From Escherichia phage vB_Eco_BCPEco_001, in sequence record PV295200.1: DNA of 64,000 bases. One strand, written 5' to 3'. Positions 10,387-20,702 of this stretch are shown piece after piece. The translations under genes and the position numbers were made by a program. How positions within the stretch are numbered: the first letter of the stretch is position 1; each line of letters begins with the position of its first letter. The notes under the pieces are model-generated. The model ran no database searches, was not told where the DNA came from, and worked only from the letters and a program-made list of their open reading frames with translations.

Positions 10387-10698
10387 ATGGTTTATGTATA
10401 TGCGATAGTTTACCGAGACAAAGACGGATTTATAGCGCCAGTTCCGCTTGATGAACATCGTCCTGCTGTATTTTTTGAATGGAAGATTGCTGATAAAGTA
10501 TTTACTACTCTTAAAGAGCAGTATCGACTAGCTTTAGGTAAAGGAATTCCAAGATTAGTTGAGACTCCACGTAAATTTTGGTTTAATAAAATAGAAGTTA
10601 AACATGTTAAGCCTGACGTAGACACGCAAAGATTATATCAGCGAATTTTAGATACTGGGCGTATTGTTAGTATACCAATTGCAGGGAATTTACGATGA
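10387..10698 (+). CDS. dda.1: dda.1-position hypothetical protein (103 aa)
   Basis: Position, overlaps dda start. Confidence 0.45.
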   Translation: MVYVYAIVYRDKDGFIAPVPLDEHRPAVFFEWKIADKVFTTLKEQYRLALGKGIPRLVETPRKFWFNKIEVKHVKPDVDTQRLYQRILDTGRIVSIPIAGNLR

Positions 10699-12014
10699 CA
10701 TTTGATGATTTGACCGAAGGCCAGAAAAATGCCTTTAACATCGTTATGAGGGCTATTAAAGAAAAGAAACATCATGTAACTATTAATGGACCTGCCGGTA
10801 CCGGTAAGACTACTCTTACTAAGTTCATCATTGAAGCTTTAATATCTACGGGTGAAACTGGTATTATTTTAGCAGCTCCTACTCATGCAGCTAAAAAGAT
10901 TCTTTCAAAACTATCAGGGAAAGAAGCGAGTACTATTCACAGTATTCTTAAAATTAACCCTGTAACATATGAAGAAAACGTTCTTTTTGAACAAAAAGAA
11001 GTACCGGATTTAGCTAAATGCAGGGTATTAATCTGCGATGAAGTGTCAATGTATGATAGAAAGCTATTTAAAATTCTGCTTTCAACTATCCCGCCGTGGT
11101 GTACTATAATTGGAATAGGTGATAATAAGCAAATCAGACCTGTTGACCCAGGAGAAAACACTGCTTATATCAGTCCATTCTTTACACATAAAGATTTTTA
11201 TCAGTGTGAACTCACTGAAGTTAAACGCAGTAATGCTCCTATTATTGATGTAGCTACTGACGTTCGTAACGGTAAGTGGATTTATGATAAAATTGTTGAC
11301 GGGAATGGAGTACGTGGATTTACTGGTGATACCGCTTTACGCGATTTTATGGTAAATTATTTTTCAATCGTCAAATCGCTAGATGATTTGTTTGAAAATC
11401 GCGTAATGGCATTTACGAATAAATCTGTTGACAAGTTAAATAGCATTATTCGTAAAAAGATTTTTGAAACTGATAAAGATTTTATTGTCGGTGAAATTAT
11501 TGTAATGCAGGAACCATTAATTAAAACATATAAAATTGATGGAAAGCCTGCGTCAGAAATTATTTTTAATAACGGACAATTAGTTCGTATTATAGAAGCA
11601 GAGTATACATCGACGTTTGTTAAAGCTCGTGGTGTTCCTGGAGAATATCTAATTCGTCATTGGGATTTAACAGTAGAAACTTACGGCGATGATGAATATT
11701 ATCGTGAAAAGATTAAAATAATTTCATCCGATGAAGAATTGTATAAGTTTAACCTATTTTTAGGTAAAACGGCAGAAACTTATAAAAATTGGAACAAAGG
11801 CGGAAAAGCTCCATGGAGTGATTTTTGGGATGCTAAATCACAGTTTAGTAAAGTGAAAGCACTTCCTGCATCAACATTCCATAAAGCACAGGGCATGTCT
11901 GTAGACCGTGCTTTCATTTATACGCCTTGTATTCATTATGCAGATGCTGAATTAGCTCAGCAGCTTCTTTATGTTGGTGTCACTCGTGGTCGTTATGATG
12001 TGTTTTATGTGTGA
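10695..12014 (+). CDS. dda: Dda DNA helicase (SF1B)
   Basis: 439 aa as T4 Dda; Walker A GPAGTGKTT. Confidence 0.93.
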   Translation: MTFDDLTEGQKNAFNIVMRAIKEKKHHVTINGPAGTGKTTLTKFIIEALISTGETGIILAAPTHAAKKILSKLSGKEASTIHSILKINPVTYEENVLFEQKEVPDLAKCRVLICDEVSMYDRKLFKILLSTIPPWCTIIGIGDNKQIRPVDPGENTAYISPFFTHKDFYQCELTEVKRSNAPIIDVATDVRNGKWIYDKIVDGNGVRGFTGDTALRDFMVNYFSIVKSLDDLFENRVMAFTNKSVDKLNSIIRKKIFETDKDFIVGEIIVMQEPLIKTYKIDGKPASEIIFNNGQLVRIIEAEYTSTFVKARGVPGEYLIRHWDLTVETYGDDEYYREKIKIISSDEELYKFNLFLGKTAETYKNWNKGGKAPWSDFWDAKSQFSKVKALPASTFHKAQGMSVDRAFIYTPCIHYADAELAQQLLYVGVTRGRYDVFYV

Positions 12015-12020
12015 GGATAT

Positions 12021-12281
12021 ATGATTAACATCAATTCAAAATATTTAAATCGTCTAATAGATGGTATAAGGAAGCATACTAATAAGCAAGATAATCTTAA
12101 TGTTATGGTAACAGGAGCTGAGCTCCTTCATAAGCTTTATCTTATAAGTGATACTATATTAGCAATTAAACGAATTGAAAAACAATCATATCACAGTAAT
12201 ACAGATACGGTAATTACACTAGATGAAAGTGTCTGTAAATTACTAATTAAATTTGAGGAAGCTATTCGTGGAAATAACTAA
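12021..12281 (+). CDS. Hypothetical protein (86 aa)
   Basis: ORF, RBS GAGGA. Confidence 0.45.
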   Translation: MININSKYLNRLIDGIRKHTNKQDNLNVMVTGAELLHKLYLISDTILAIKRIEKQSYHSNTDTVITLDESVCKLLIKFEEAIRGNN

Positions 12282-12513
12282 AGATCAGTTTTATCTTCTT
12301 CAGGATAAAGTTAGCGAAATTTATGAAATTGCTCATGGTAAAAATCGTGAAACTGTAAAAATTGAATCTAGTAAGTTGATGCTTCAATTAGAAGAAATTG
12401 AACGAGATTTAATTGCGTTAGAATTCTTTTGCGGTGAAGTGAAAACTGTTACAATCAATGATTATATTTTAGGCGAAATTAGCTATCTTTATAAGGCGAT
12501 TATTAATGATTGA
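12268..12513 (+). CDS. Hypothetical protein (81 aa, GTG start proposed)
   Basis: RBS GAGGAAG before GTG 12268; ORF-track start 12253 is TTG. Confidence 0.4.
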   Translation: MEITKDQFYLLQDKVSEIYEIAHGKNRETVKIESSKLMLQLEEIERDLIALEFFCGEVKTVTINDYILGEISYLYKAIIND

Positions 12514-12748
12514 ATTGAGTTGGTACCAGTTTAAATCTCTTATGACAAATGTTAAAGCTGTCATTGAAGAAAATCAGGGTCCTGAAAATATTACTATTCG
12601 CGAAAAAGCTTTAAAGATAGTATACAGTCTTGAAGAAATACAAAAAGATATTGAATCTATGGCAAAATTTATTGATGAACCTATTAATAAAGTTTATATT
12701 CAAGATTATACTGTAGGTCAAATTCGCGATTTAGCAAGGAAAATTTAA
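12506..12748 (+). CDS. Hypothetical protein (80 aa)
   Basis: ORF, coupled to dexA start. Confidence 0.45.
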   Translation: MIELSWYQFKSLMTNVKAVIEENQGPENITIREKALKIVYSLEEIQKDIESMAKFIDEPINKVYIQDYTVGQIRDLARKI

Positions 12749-13431
12749 TGTTTGATTTTATTATAGATTTTGAAACAATGGGAAGCGGTGAAAAGGCAGC
12801 TGTTATTGATTTAGCTGTAATTGCTTTTGACCCTAATCCAGAAGTCGTTGAAACATTCGATGAATTAGTTTCACGTGGCATTAAAATCAAATTTGATTTA
12901 AAAAGCCAAAAAGGACATCGTCTTTTTACTAAAAGCACTATTGAATGGTGGAAGAACCAATCTCCTGAAGCTCGAAAAAATATTGCACCATCAGATGAAG
13001 ATGTAAGCACTATCGATGGTATTGCAAAATTTAATGATTACATCAATGCACATAATATCGATCCTTGGAAATCTCAAGGCTGGTGCCGTGGAATGTCGTT
13101 TGATTTTCCAATTTTAGTCGATCTCATTCGTGATATTCAACGTCTTAATGGTGTTTCTGAGAATGAGCTTGACACATTTAAGTTAGAACCATGTAAATTC
13201 TGGAATCAGCGTGATATTCGTACCAGAATTGAAGCACTTCTGCTTGTTCGTGATATGACCACGTGTCCTCTTCCAAAAGGAACTTTAGATGGATTCGTTG
13301 CGCATGATTCTATTCATGACTGTGCGAAAGACATCCTGATGATGAAGTATGCTTTGCGATATGCTATGGGTCTTGAAGATGCTCCATCAGAGGAAGATTA
13401 CGATCCTCTGTCTCTTCCAACAAAACGATAA
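12748..13431 (+). CDS. dexA: Exonuclease A (DexA), DnaQ-like 3'-5' exonuclease
   Basis: 227 aa as T4 DexA; DFETMG exo I motif. Confidence 0.85.
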   Translation: MFDFIIDFETMGSGEKAAVIDLAVIAFDPNPEVVETFDELVSRGIKIKFDLKSQKGHRLFTKSTIEWWKNQSPEARKNIAPSDEDVSTIDGIAKFNDYINAHNIDPWKSQGWCRGMSFDFPILVDLIRDIQRLNGVSENELDTFKLEPCKFWNQRDIRTRIEALLLVRDMTTCPLPKGTLDGFVAHDSIHDCAKDILMMKYALRYAMGLEDAPSEEDYDPLSLPTKR

Positions 13432-13437
13432 AAAGTT

Positions 13438-13469
13438 GTTTACTTCCTCGGTTAGTTGTGGTATTATAA
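13438..13469 (+). promoter_or_regulatory. T4-type early promoter
   Basis: GTTTAC ... TGGTATTATAA. Confidence 0.6.
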
Positions 13470-13494
13470 CACCATAGCTACTGAGGATAATAAA

Positions 13495-13995
13495 ATGAAA
13501 ATTTATCGTGTTGAATCATCGTTTAGTATTCTTGATTATGAAGATGCTATAACAATACGTCGAAATCTTTGTGTTCAAATAACGCCGTACAGGAGTATAA
13601 TAGATTCATGGAGCGAAGAGTGGCTATTACACGTAGGTTATGACAGACCTAATTTTATGCATCATAGCGATAATAATAAAAGAATTCCTTTACCACACGA
13701 AGATAAACTATTAGTTAAAAACGCTAATATAGTAATTAATACTAAGTTCAAGAAAGATTATGTTGGAGTAGAATATCATATTCCAGGATGGTTTATAGGT
13801 CTTTATCATTTTGCTTTCGCTAGTGAATATGATATGATGAGATGGTTCACACGAGAAGAGCGGGAAGAATTATCTTCTAAAGGATTTTATCTCGCTGTAT
13901 ACGAAGTTCCTGAAGATGAAGTTATCATTGGTGGGCACCAAGTAATGTTCCGCAAATCGCATGCTGAACTCATAGATTTTATTGAAATGAGATAA
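13495..13995 (+). CDS. Hypothetical protein (166 aa), motB region
   Basis: ATG 13495 with RBS GAGGA after early promoter. Confidence 0.5.
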   Translation: MKIYRVESSFSILDYEDAITIRRNLCVQITPYRSIIDSWSEEWLLHVGYDRPNFMHHSDNNKRIPLPHEDKLLVKNANIVINTKFKKDYVGVEYHIPGWFIGLYHFAFASEYDMMRWFTREEREELSSKGFYLAVYEVPEDEVIIGGHQVMFRKSHAELIDFIEMR

Positions 13996-13997
13996 TT

Positions 13998-14543
13998 ATG
14001 AAATTTAATTATAATCCTGAATACATACCAAATCCGGTAGCTAAACTGATTGATTTTGATGTTGTAAGCACTTATGTATGCCCTGTTAAACCACTGGAAA
14101 TTAAGGAACCTACTATGACTACCGCTATTGAAATCGGCAAAACCTACAAACTGGTTGAACCTAAAATTAAAACTAATGCCTTGATTTCTGGTCATAAAAC
14201 TCTGACTGATGTTTTTGGCGAAGGCGAATTTATTGTTGAAGAATTTGCCAAAAGTGAGTGGTTTGACAAATCTTACGTCATCCACGGTCGCCGGTTAGAT
14301 AATAACAAAATAAAGAAAAACCTGGTTTATGAAGATGAGTTCATCCTGTTCCAAGAAGTTGAAGAACAAGACCCTACAGACCTGTTGTGTGCTGCTGTGT
14401 CTATCCGTCGTCCTTTTGATAATCCTATCTGTGGTTGGGTAACAGACCAGTGGATTGAAGATGGTGTTGAGCTTCTGAACGTTGTCCATGCAGGAGATTT
14501 TAGTGTAGTACCTCGTAGTGCGGTGGTAGCTATTTTGAATTAA
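13998..14543 (+). CDS. Hypothetical protein (181 aa), paralog of next ORF
   Basis: Shared C-terminal motif TDQWIEDGVELLNVV. Confidence 0.55.
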   Translation: MKFNYNPEYIPNPVAKLIDFDVVSTYVCPVKPLEIKEPTMTTAIEIGKTYKLVEPKIKTNALISGHKTLTDVFGEGEFIVEEFAKSEWFDKSYVIHGRRLDNNKIKKNLVYEDEFILFQEVEEQDPTDLLCAAVSIRRPFDNPICGWVTDQWIEDGVELLNVVHAGDFSVVPRSAVVAILN

Positions 14544-14545
14544 TA

Positions 14546-14575
14546 GTTTACAAACTCTTGGGACCAGAGTATAAT
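14546..14575 (+). promoter_or_regulatory. T4-type early promoter; -10 in loop of inverted repeat GGGACCA/TGGTCCC
   Basis: GTTTAC ... AGTATAAT. Confidence 0.6.
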
Positions 14576-14619
14576 GGTCCCGTGGAGTATAAAATCTTTT
14601 TAACAAGTGAGAGATAACT

Positions 14620-15117
14620 ATGATTATTAATATTGGTGAAATTGCTCGTGTATCTGATAAATCCCGTTCTAAAGCAGCAGGAAAATTGGTCGAAATTGTA
14701 AGCATTCAGCTTAAACACGGCGTTAAAGATGAAGATTCTGAAGTAAAAGTGCGTATCATTCCTAAAGATGGAAAGTCTAAACCTCAGTTTGGTTATGTTC
14801 GCGCGAAATTTCTTGAATCTGCGTTTTTGAAAGCTGTTCCTGCTAAAGGAATTGAAACGATTGATACTTCGCATGTAGGTGTAGACTTTAAGTGGAAACT
14901 CGGTCAAGCTATCAAGTTCGTTGCTCCTTATGAATTCGAATTTACCGAAGATGAGGAAGGGGTTGTTCAAAAACGCCGTACTCGTGCTATGTGCGCATAC
15001 ATTACCGATCAGTGGGTAGAAGATGGCGTTAAGTTGTACAACGCGGTATTTTTAGGAACATACAAAGTCATTCCTGAAAGTTGGATTAAACACTATAGCA
15101 AAGCTCGCTGTGCATAA
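14620..15117 (+). CDS. Hypothetical protein (165 aa), paralog of previous ORF
   Basis: Shared motif TDQWVEDGVKLYNAV; own early promoter. Confidence 0.55.
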   Translation: MIINIGEIARVSDKSRSKAAGKLVEIVSIQLKHGVKDEDSEVKVRIIPKDGKSKPQFGYVRAKFLESAFLKAVPAKGIETIDTSHVGVDFKWKLGQAIKFVAPYEFEFTEDEEGVVQKRRTRAMCAYITDQWVEDGVKLYNAVFLGTYKVIPESWIKHYSKARCA

Positions 15118-15146
15118 AGTTTAAAATTTTTCATAAAACTATATAC

Positions 15147-15189
15147 ATCAGTAGTTGATTATGGTACTATATCAATATCAACTACTGAT
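15147..15189. repeat. Perfect 13-bp inverted repeat flanking a -10-like TATGGTACTATAT element
   Basis: ATCAGTAGTTGAT ... ATCAACTACTGAT; no GTTTAC -35 upstream. Confidence 0.7.
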
Positions 15190-15287
15190 ACAGAAAACAA
15201 CTTGGAGAATAAAATGGAAATTCGCCAAAGGTGCTGATACTCTTCTGAAACGCATCGCTCCAATGTTTAATTAATGAGGAAATTGTA

Positions 15288-15503
15288 ATGAAACGTAAAA
15301 TTGTTCAGAATTGCACTAATGATGAATTTGAAGATGTATTATTTGATCCAAATTTGGTAGTAGTTCAAAAGGAACATACTAGCAAGTTTACTCACTTGAC
15401 TTCTGTTTATGTGTATGAGAAAGTCGGTGATAAACAGCCAATTTATGGTGTATTTCGTGAAATTACTGAAGACGGCACAACTTACTGGAAGGAAATTTAT
15501 TAA
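15288..15503 (+). CDS. Hypothetical protein (71 aa)
   Basis: ORF with RBS. Confidence 0.45.
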   Translation: MKRKIVQNCTNDEFEDVLFDPNLVVVQKEHTSKFTHLTSVYVYEKVGDKQPIYGVFREITEDGTTYWKEIY

Positions 15504-15916
15504 TGGCTATTAAATTTGAAGTTAATAAATGGTATCAATTCAAAAATAAACAAGCTCAAGAAAATTTTATTAAAGACCATACTGATAACGGAATCTATGC
15601 GCGGCGTTTAGGTATGGAACCTTTTAAAATTTTAGATGTTGACTATTACGGGCGTCCTACTAAAATTGTGACATCTACTGGCATAGTTGGATATTCATCA
15701 CGAGGTACAGTCATTGACGAAAACTTTATCTGGCTTTCTAGCAACGAAGCCGAGTTCTTTAATGAAGTGGAAAATCCATATCAGGCTGCTGAAGAGCAGG
15801 AAGAGCAAGAACAGATAGAAGATTTTACAGAATTTCCCGTCATGAAAGTTACTATTGAAAATAATGAACAGGCATGGTCCTTGTATCAGATGTTGAAAGC
15901 TCACTTTAAGGAATAA
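15503..15916 (+). CDS. Hypothetical protein (137 aa), acidic
   Basis: ORF, coupled. Confidence 0.5.
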   Translation: MAIKFEVNKWYQFKNKQAQENFIKDHTDNGIYARRLGMEPFKILDVDYYGRPTKIVTSTGIVGYSSRGTVIDENFIWLSSNEAEFFNEVENPYQAAEEQEEQEQIEDFTEFPVMKVTIENNEQAWSLYQMLKAHFKE

Positions 15917-15918
15917 TT

Positions 15919-16095
15919 ATGCCGCTTTATGATTATAAATGTCAATCAAAAGACTGTGCAAAAGAATACGAAAAAATCAAGAAAATTTCTGAAAGGGATA
16001 CTGATGTATGTCCTGATTGTCATCGGATTGCTATTCGGTTAGTTTCCGCTCCTAAGCATGTGAATGGCGGATTTTACGACTTGCTTAAAGGGTAA
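15919..16095 (+). CDS. FmdB-like zinc-ribbon protein (58 aa); not in ORF track
   Basis: MPLYDYKC..C...CPDCH: CxxC-x(n)-CxxC zinc ribbon typical of the FmdB family. Confidence 0.5.
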   Translation: MPLYDYKCQSKDCAKEYEKIKKISERDTDVCPDCHRIAIRLVSAPKHVNGGFYDLLKG

Positions 16096-16097
16096 TT

Positions 16098-16358
16098 ATG
16101 AAATATATTAATCGTTCTATTGCAGCATTAGTATTAGCAGTGTCTTTAGTAGGATGTACTGATGCTGATAATGCAACCAAAGTTTTGTCTTCAAGTGGTT
16201 TTACTAATATTGAAATCACTGGATATAATTGGTTCGGTTGCTCTGAAAATGATTTCCAGCATACTGGATTTCGTGCTATTGGACCTACTGGACAGAAAGT
16301 AGAAGGAACCGTGTGTTCTGGGCTGTTCTTTAAGGATTCGACTATCCGTTTTAAATAA
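16098..16358 (+). CDS. Putative lipoprotein (86 aa)
   Basis: Signal peptide with lipobox LVGC. Confidence 0.5.
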   Translation: MKYINRSIAALVLAVSLVGCTDADNATKVLSSSGFTNIEITGYNWFGCSENDFQHTGFRAIGPTGQKVEGTVCSGLFFKDSTIRFK

Positions 16359-16376
16359 AAGGCCTTCGGGCCTTTA
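16359..16376 (+). terminator. UUCG-tetraloop hairpin upstream of gene 39
   Basis: GGCC-TTCG-GGCC then TTT. Confidence 0.55.
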
Positions 16377-16424
16377 GCTTTATGATTACCGGAGTATAAT
16401 ATTCCCGAAACCAAACGAGGATAA

Positions 16425-18245
16425 GTGATGATTAAGAATGAAATTAAAATTCTGAGCGATATTGAACATATCAAAAAGCGTAGTGGCATGTACATTGGCT
16501 CTTCTGCTAATGAAATGCATGAGCGCTTTCTGTTTGGTAAATGGGAAAGTGTTCAGTATGTACCTGGTCTTGTTAAGCTTATTGATGAAATTATCGATAA
16601 CTCAGTAGATGAAGGTATTCGTACTAAGTTTAAATTCGCAAATAAAATTAATGTTACTATTAAAAACAATCAAGTAACAGTTGAAGATAACGGTCGTGGT
16701 ATTCCACAGGCGATGGTTAAAACACCTACCGGTGAAGAAATTCCTGGTCCTGTTGCTGCGTGGACTATTCCAAAAGCAGGTGGTAACTTTGGTGATGATA
16801 AAGAACGCGTCACCGGTGGTATGAATGGTGTTGGTTCTAGTTTGACAAACATTTTTTCTGTGATGTTTGTCGGTGAAACTGGCGATGGTCAAAATAATAT
16901 TGTAGTTCGTTGTTCAAACGGCATGGAAAATAAATCATGGGAAGATATTCCTGGAAAATGGAAAGGAACTCGTGTTACTTTCATTCCTGATTTTATGTCA
17001 TTTGAAACTAATGAGCTGTCCCAAGTTTATCTTGACATTACACTAGATCGTCTCCAGACACTTGCGGTAGTTTATCCTGATATTCAATTTACCTTTAATG
17101 GTAAAAAGGTTCAGGGCAATTTTAAGAAATATGCACGCCAATATGATGAGCATGCTATTGTTCAAGAACAAGAAAATTGTTCTATTGCGGTTGGTCGTTC
17201 ACCGGATGGTTTTCGTCAATTAACATACGTCAATAACATTCATACTAAGAATGGTGGCCATCACATTGACTGTGTTATGGATGATATTTGTGAAGACCTT
17301 ATTCCACAAATCAAACGTAAGTTCAAAATTGATGTGACTAAAGCGCGTGTCAAAGAATGTTTGACTATCGTTATGTTTGTTCGTGATATGAAAAACATGC
17401 GATTTGATTCTCAAACTAAAGAGCGTTTGACTTCTCCATTTGGCGAAATTCGTAGTCATATTCAACTTGACGCTAAAAAGATTTCACGTGCTATTTTGAA
17501 TAATGAAGCAATTTTAATGCCAATTATTGAAGCTGCTTTGGCTCGTAAATTGGCGGCAGAAAAAGCAGCAGAAACTAAAGCGGCTAAAAAGGCTTCTAAA
17601 GCTAAGGTTCATAAACATATCAAAGCGAATCTTTGCGGTAAAGATGCTGACACTACTCTTTTCTTGACTGAGGGTGATTCTGCTATCGGATATCTTATTG
17701 ATGTTCGTGATAAAGAACTTCATGGTGGTTATCCATTGCGCGGTAAAGTTCTCAACAGTTGGGGTATGTCATATGCTGATATGCTTAAAAACAAAGAATT
17801 GTTTGATATTTGCGCAATCACTGGATTAGTTCTTGGTGAAAAAGCCGAAAACTTGAATTATCATAATATTGCTATTATGACCGATGCTGACCACGATGGT
17901 CTAGGAAGCATTTATCCTTCTCTGCTCGGATTTTTTAGTAATTGGCCAGAACTGTTTGAACAAGGAAGAATTCGCTTTGTCAAAACTCCTGTAATCATCG
18001 CTCAGGTCGGTAAAAAACAAGAATGGTTTTATACAGTCGCTGAATATGAGAGTGCTAAAGATGCTCTACCTAAACATAGCATCCGTTATATTAAAGGACT
18101 TGGCTCTTTGGAAAAATCTGAATATCGTGAGATGATTCAAAACCCAGTATATGATGTTGTTAAACTTCCTGAGAACTGGAAAGAGCTTTTTGAAATGCTC
18201 ATGGGAGATAATGCTGACCTTCGTAAAGAATGGATGAGCCAGTAG
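16425..18245 (+). CDS. 39: DNA topoisomerase II large (GyrB-like ATPase) subunit, uninterrupted gene 39 (equivalent to fused T4 39+60)
   Basis: 606 aa; GHKL ATPase and TOPRIM motifs; no gene 60 split. Confidence 0.92.
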   Translation: MMIKNEIKILSDIEHIKKRSGMYIGSSANEMHERFLFGKWESVQYVPGLVKLIDEIIDNSVDEGIRTKFKFANKINVTIKNNQVTVEDNGRGIPQAMVKTPTGEEIPGPVAAWTIPKAGGNFGDDKERVTGGMNGVGSSLTNIFSVMFVGETGDGQNNIVVRCSNGMENKSWEDIPGKWKGTRVTFIPDFMSFETNELSQVYLDITLDRLQTLAVVYPDIQFTFNGKKVQGNFKKYARQYDEHAIVQEQENCSIAVGRSPDGFRQLTYVNNIHTKNGGHHIDCVMDDICEDLIPQIKRKFKIDVTKARVKECLTIVMFVRDMKNMRFDSQTKERLTSPFGEIRSHIQLDAKKISRAILNNEAILMPIIEAALARKLAAEKAAETKAAKKASKAKVHKHIKANLCGKDADTTLFLTEGDSAIGYLIDVRDKELHGGYPLRGKVLNSWGMSYADMLKNKELFDICAITGLVLGEKAENLNYHNIAIMTDADHDGLGSIYPSLLGFFSNWPELFEQGRIRFVKTPVIIAQVGKKQEWFYTVAEYESAKDALPKHSIRYIKGLGSLEKSEYREMIQNPVYDVVKLPENWKELFEMLMGDNADLRKEWMSQ

Positions 18246-18274
18246 TTTACTTTACCACAAGGATGTGGTATAAT
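18245..18274 (+). promoter_or_regulatory. T4-type early promoter upstream of rIIA.1/rIIA
   Basis: GTTTAC ... TGGTATAAT. Confidence 0.6.
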
Positions 18275-18299
18275 TAATTGGGCAAATGAGGATATTGAA

Positions 18300-18503
18300 A
18301 TGAAATCATATAAAGTAAATTTAGAACTTTTTGATAAAGCAGTTCATCGAGAATATAGAATCATTCAACGCTTTTTCGATATGGGAGAAGCTGAAGAGTT
18401 TAAAAACCGCTTTAAGGATATTAGAGATAAAATTCAATCTGACACCGCAACTAAAGATGAACTACTAGAAGTTGCTGAAGTTATTAAACGCAATATGAAT
18501 TAA
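18300..18503 (+). CDS. rIIA.1: rIIA.1-position hypothetical protein (67 aa)
   Basis: Position between 39 and rIIA. Confidence 0.45.
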   Translation: MKSYKVNLELFDKAVHREYRIIQRFFDMGEAEEFKNRFKDIRDKIQSDTATKDELLEVAEVIKRNMN

Positions 18504-18513
18504 TGAGGAAATT

Positions 18514-20691
18514 ATGATTATCACCACTGAAAAAGAAACAATTCTTGGTAATGGTTCTAAATCAAAAGCATTTAGCATCACAGCATCTCCTAAAGTATTT
18601 AAAATTCTATCATCTGATTTGTACACAAACAAGATTCGCGCAGTAGTACGTGAATTGATTACCAACATGATTGATGCCCATGCTCTCAATGGAAATCCTG
18701 AAAAATTTATCATTCAAGTTCCTGGACGATTAGATCCGCGATTTGTTTGCCGAGATTTTGGTCCGGGTATGAGCGATTTTGATATTCAGGGTGATGATAA
18801 TTCTCCTGGGTTGTATAATTCATACTTCAGTTCATCTAAGGCTGAATCTAACGATTTCATTGGTGGATTTGGTTTAGGTTCTAAATCTCCGTTTAGTTAT
18901 ACTGATACGTTTAGTATTACTTCGTACCATAAAGGTGAAATTCGCGGTTATGTAGCTTATATGGATGGTGACGGTCCGCAGATTAAACCTACATTCGTAA
19001 AAGAAATGGGTCCAGACGATAAAACTGGTATTGAAATCGTAGTTCCAGTTGAAGAAAAAGACTTTAGAAACTTTGCTTATGAAGTTTCTTATATCATGCG
19101 ACCATTCAAAGATTTGGCTATCATTAATGGTCTTGACCGCGAAATTGATTATTTTCCGGATTTTGATGATTATTACGGCGTAAATCCAGAAAGATACTGG
19201 CCAGATCGTGGTGGATTGTATGCTATCTATGGTGGTATTGTTTATCCTATTGATGGTGTTATTAGAGACCGTAACTGGCTAAGCATTCGCAATGAAGTGA
19301 ATTACATTAAGTTTCCAATGGGTTCACTTGATATTGCTCCATCTCGCGAGGCTCTTTCACTGGATGATCGCACTCGTAAAAATATTATTGAACGAGTTAA
19401 AGAACTCAGTGAGAAAGCATTTAATGAAGATGTAAAACGATTTAAAGAATCTACATCTCCTCGTCACACATATCGTGAATTGATGAAGATGGGGTATTCT
19501 GCTCGAGATTATATGATTAGTAATTCAGTCAAATTCACGACTAAAAATCTGTCATATAAGAAGATGCAGAGTATGTTTGAACCTGATAGTAAGTTATGCA
19601 ACGCGGGAGTTGTGTATGAAGTAAATCTTGACCCTCGACTGAAACGCATTAAACAAAGTCATGAAACTTCAGCCGTTGCATCAAGTTATCGTCTGTTTGG
19701 TATTAATACAACAAAAATTAATATCGTTATTGATAATATTAAAAATCGTGTTAATATTGTCCGTGGATTAGCGCATGCATTAGATGATAGTGAATTTAAT
19801 AACACTTTGAATATTCATCATAACGAACGCCTTCTGTTTATTAACCCAGAAGTAGAATCACAGATTGATTTACTTCCTGATATTATGGCGATGTTTGAAA
19901 GTGATGAAGTTAACATTCATTATTTGTCAGAAATTGAAGCTTTAGTAAAAAGTTATATTCCAAAGGTAGTTAAAAGTAAAGCTCCTCGTCCTAAAGCTGC
20001 TACAGCATTTAAGTTTGAAATTAAAGACGGGCGCTGGGAAAAAGAGGAATTATTTACGCTCACATCAGAAGCAGATGAAATTACTGGTTATGTAGCGTAT
20101 ATGCATCGTTCTGATATTTTCTCTATGGATGGTACTACATCTCTTTGTCATCCATCTATGAATATTTTGATTCGTATGGCTAATCTTATTGGCATTAATG
20201 AGTTTTATGTTATTCGTCCGCTTTTGCAGAAAAAGGTAAAAGAACTCGGTCAGTGCCAATGTATTTTTGAAACTCTGCGTGATTTATATGTAGATGCTTT
20301 TGATGATGTAGATTATGATAAGTACGTAGGTTATTCAAGTTCAGCTCAACGATATATTGATAAAATTATCAAGTATCCTGAACTAGATTTTATGATGAAG
20401 TACTTCAGTACAGATGAAGTTTCTGAAGAATATACACGACTCGCTAATATAGTTAGTTCATTACGGGGCGTATATTTTAATGGTGGAAAAGATACCATTG
20501 GTCATGACATCTGGACAGTAACTAATCTTTTTGATGTATTATCAAATAATGCTTCAAAAAACAGTGATAAAATGGTTGCTGAGTTTACCAAGAAATTCCG
20601 TATTGTTTCTGACTTCATCGGTTATCGCAATTCTTTAAGTGATGATGAAGTTTCTCAAATCGCTAAAACTATGAAGGCCCTTGCGGCCTAA
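18514..20691 (+). CDS. rIIA: rIIA protector from prophage-induced early lysis
   Basis: 725 aa as T4 rIIA; followed by rIIB. Confidence 0.92.
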   Translation: MIITTEKETILGNGSKSKAFSITASPKVFKILSSDLYTNKIRAVVRELITNMIDAHALNGNPEKFIIQVPGRLDPRFVCRDFGPGMSDFDIQGDDNSPGLYNSYFSSSKAESNDFIGGFGLGSKSPFSYTDTFSITSYHKGEIRGYVAYMDGDGPQIKPTFVKEMGPDDKTGIEIVVPVEEKDFRNFAYEVSYIMRPFKDLAIINGLDREIDYFPDFDDYYGVNPERYWPDRGGLYAIYGGIVYPIDGVIRDRNWLSIRNEVNYIKFPMGSLDIAPSREALSLDDRTRKNIIERVKELSEKAFNEDVKRFKESTSPRHTYRELMKMGYSARDYMISNSVKFTTKNLSYKKMQSMFEPDSKLCNAGVVYEVNLDPRLKRIKQSHETSAVASSYRLFGINTTKINIVIDNIKNRVNIVRGLAHALDDSEFNNTLNIHHNERLLFINPEVESQIDLLPDIMAMFESDEVNIHYLSEIEALVKSYIPKVVKSKAPRPKAATAFKFEIKDGRWEKEELFTLTSEADEITGYVAYMHRSDIFSMDGTTSLCHPSMNILIRMANLIGINEFYVIRPLLQKKVKELGQCQCIFETLRDLYVDAFDDVDYDKYVGYSSSAQRYIDKIIKYPELDFMMKYFSTDEVSEEYTRLANIVSSLRGVYFNGGKDTIGHDIWTVTNLFDVLSNNASKNSDKMVAEFTKKFRIVSDFIGYRNSLSDDEVSQIAKTMKALAA

Positions 20692-20702
20692 TAAGGAAAA
20701 TT

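Noticed and set aside
16425-18245. Searched gene 39 for a gene-60-type translational bypass (take-off GGA, stop, hairpin, landing site)
   Set aside because: Reading frame is continuous across the whole topoisomerase subunit; no bypass element present.
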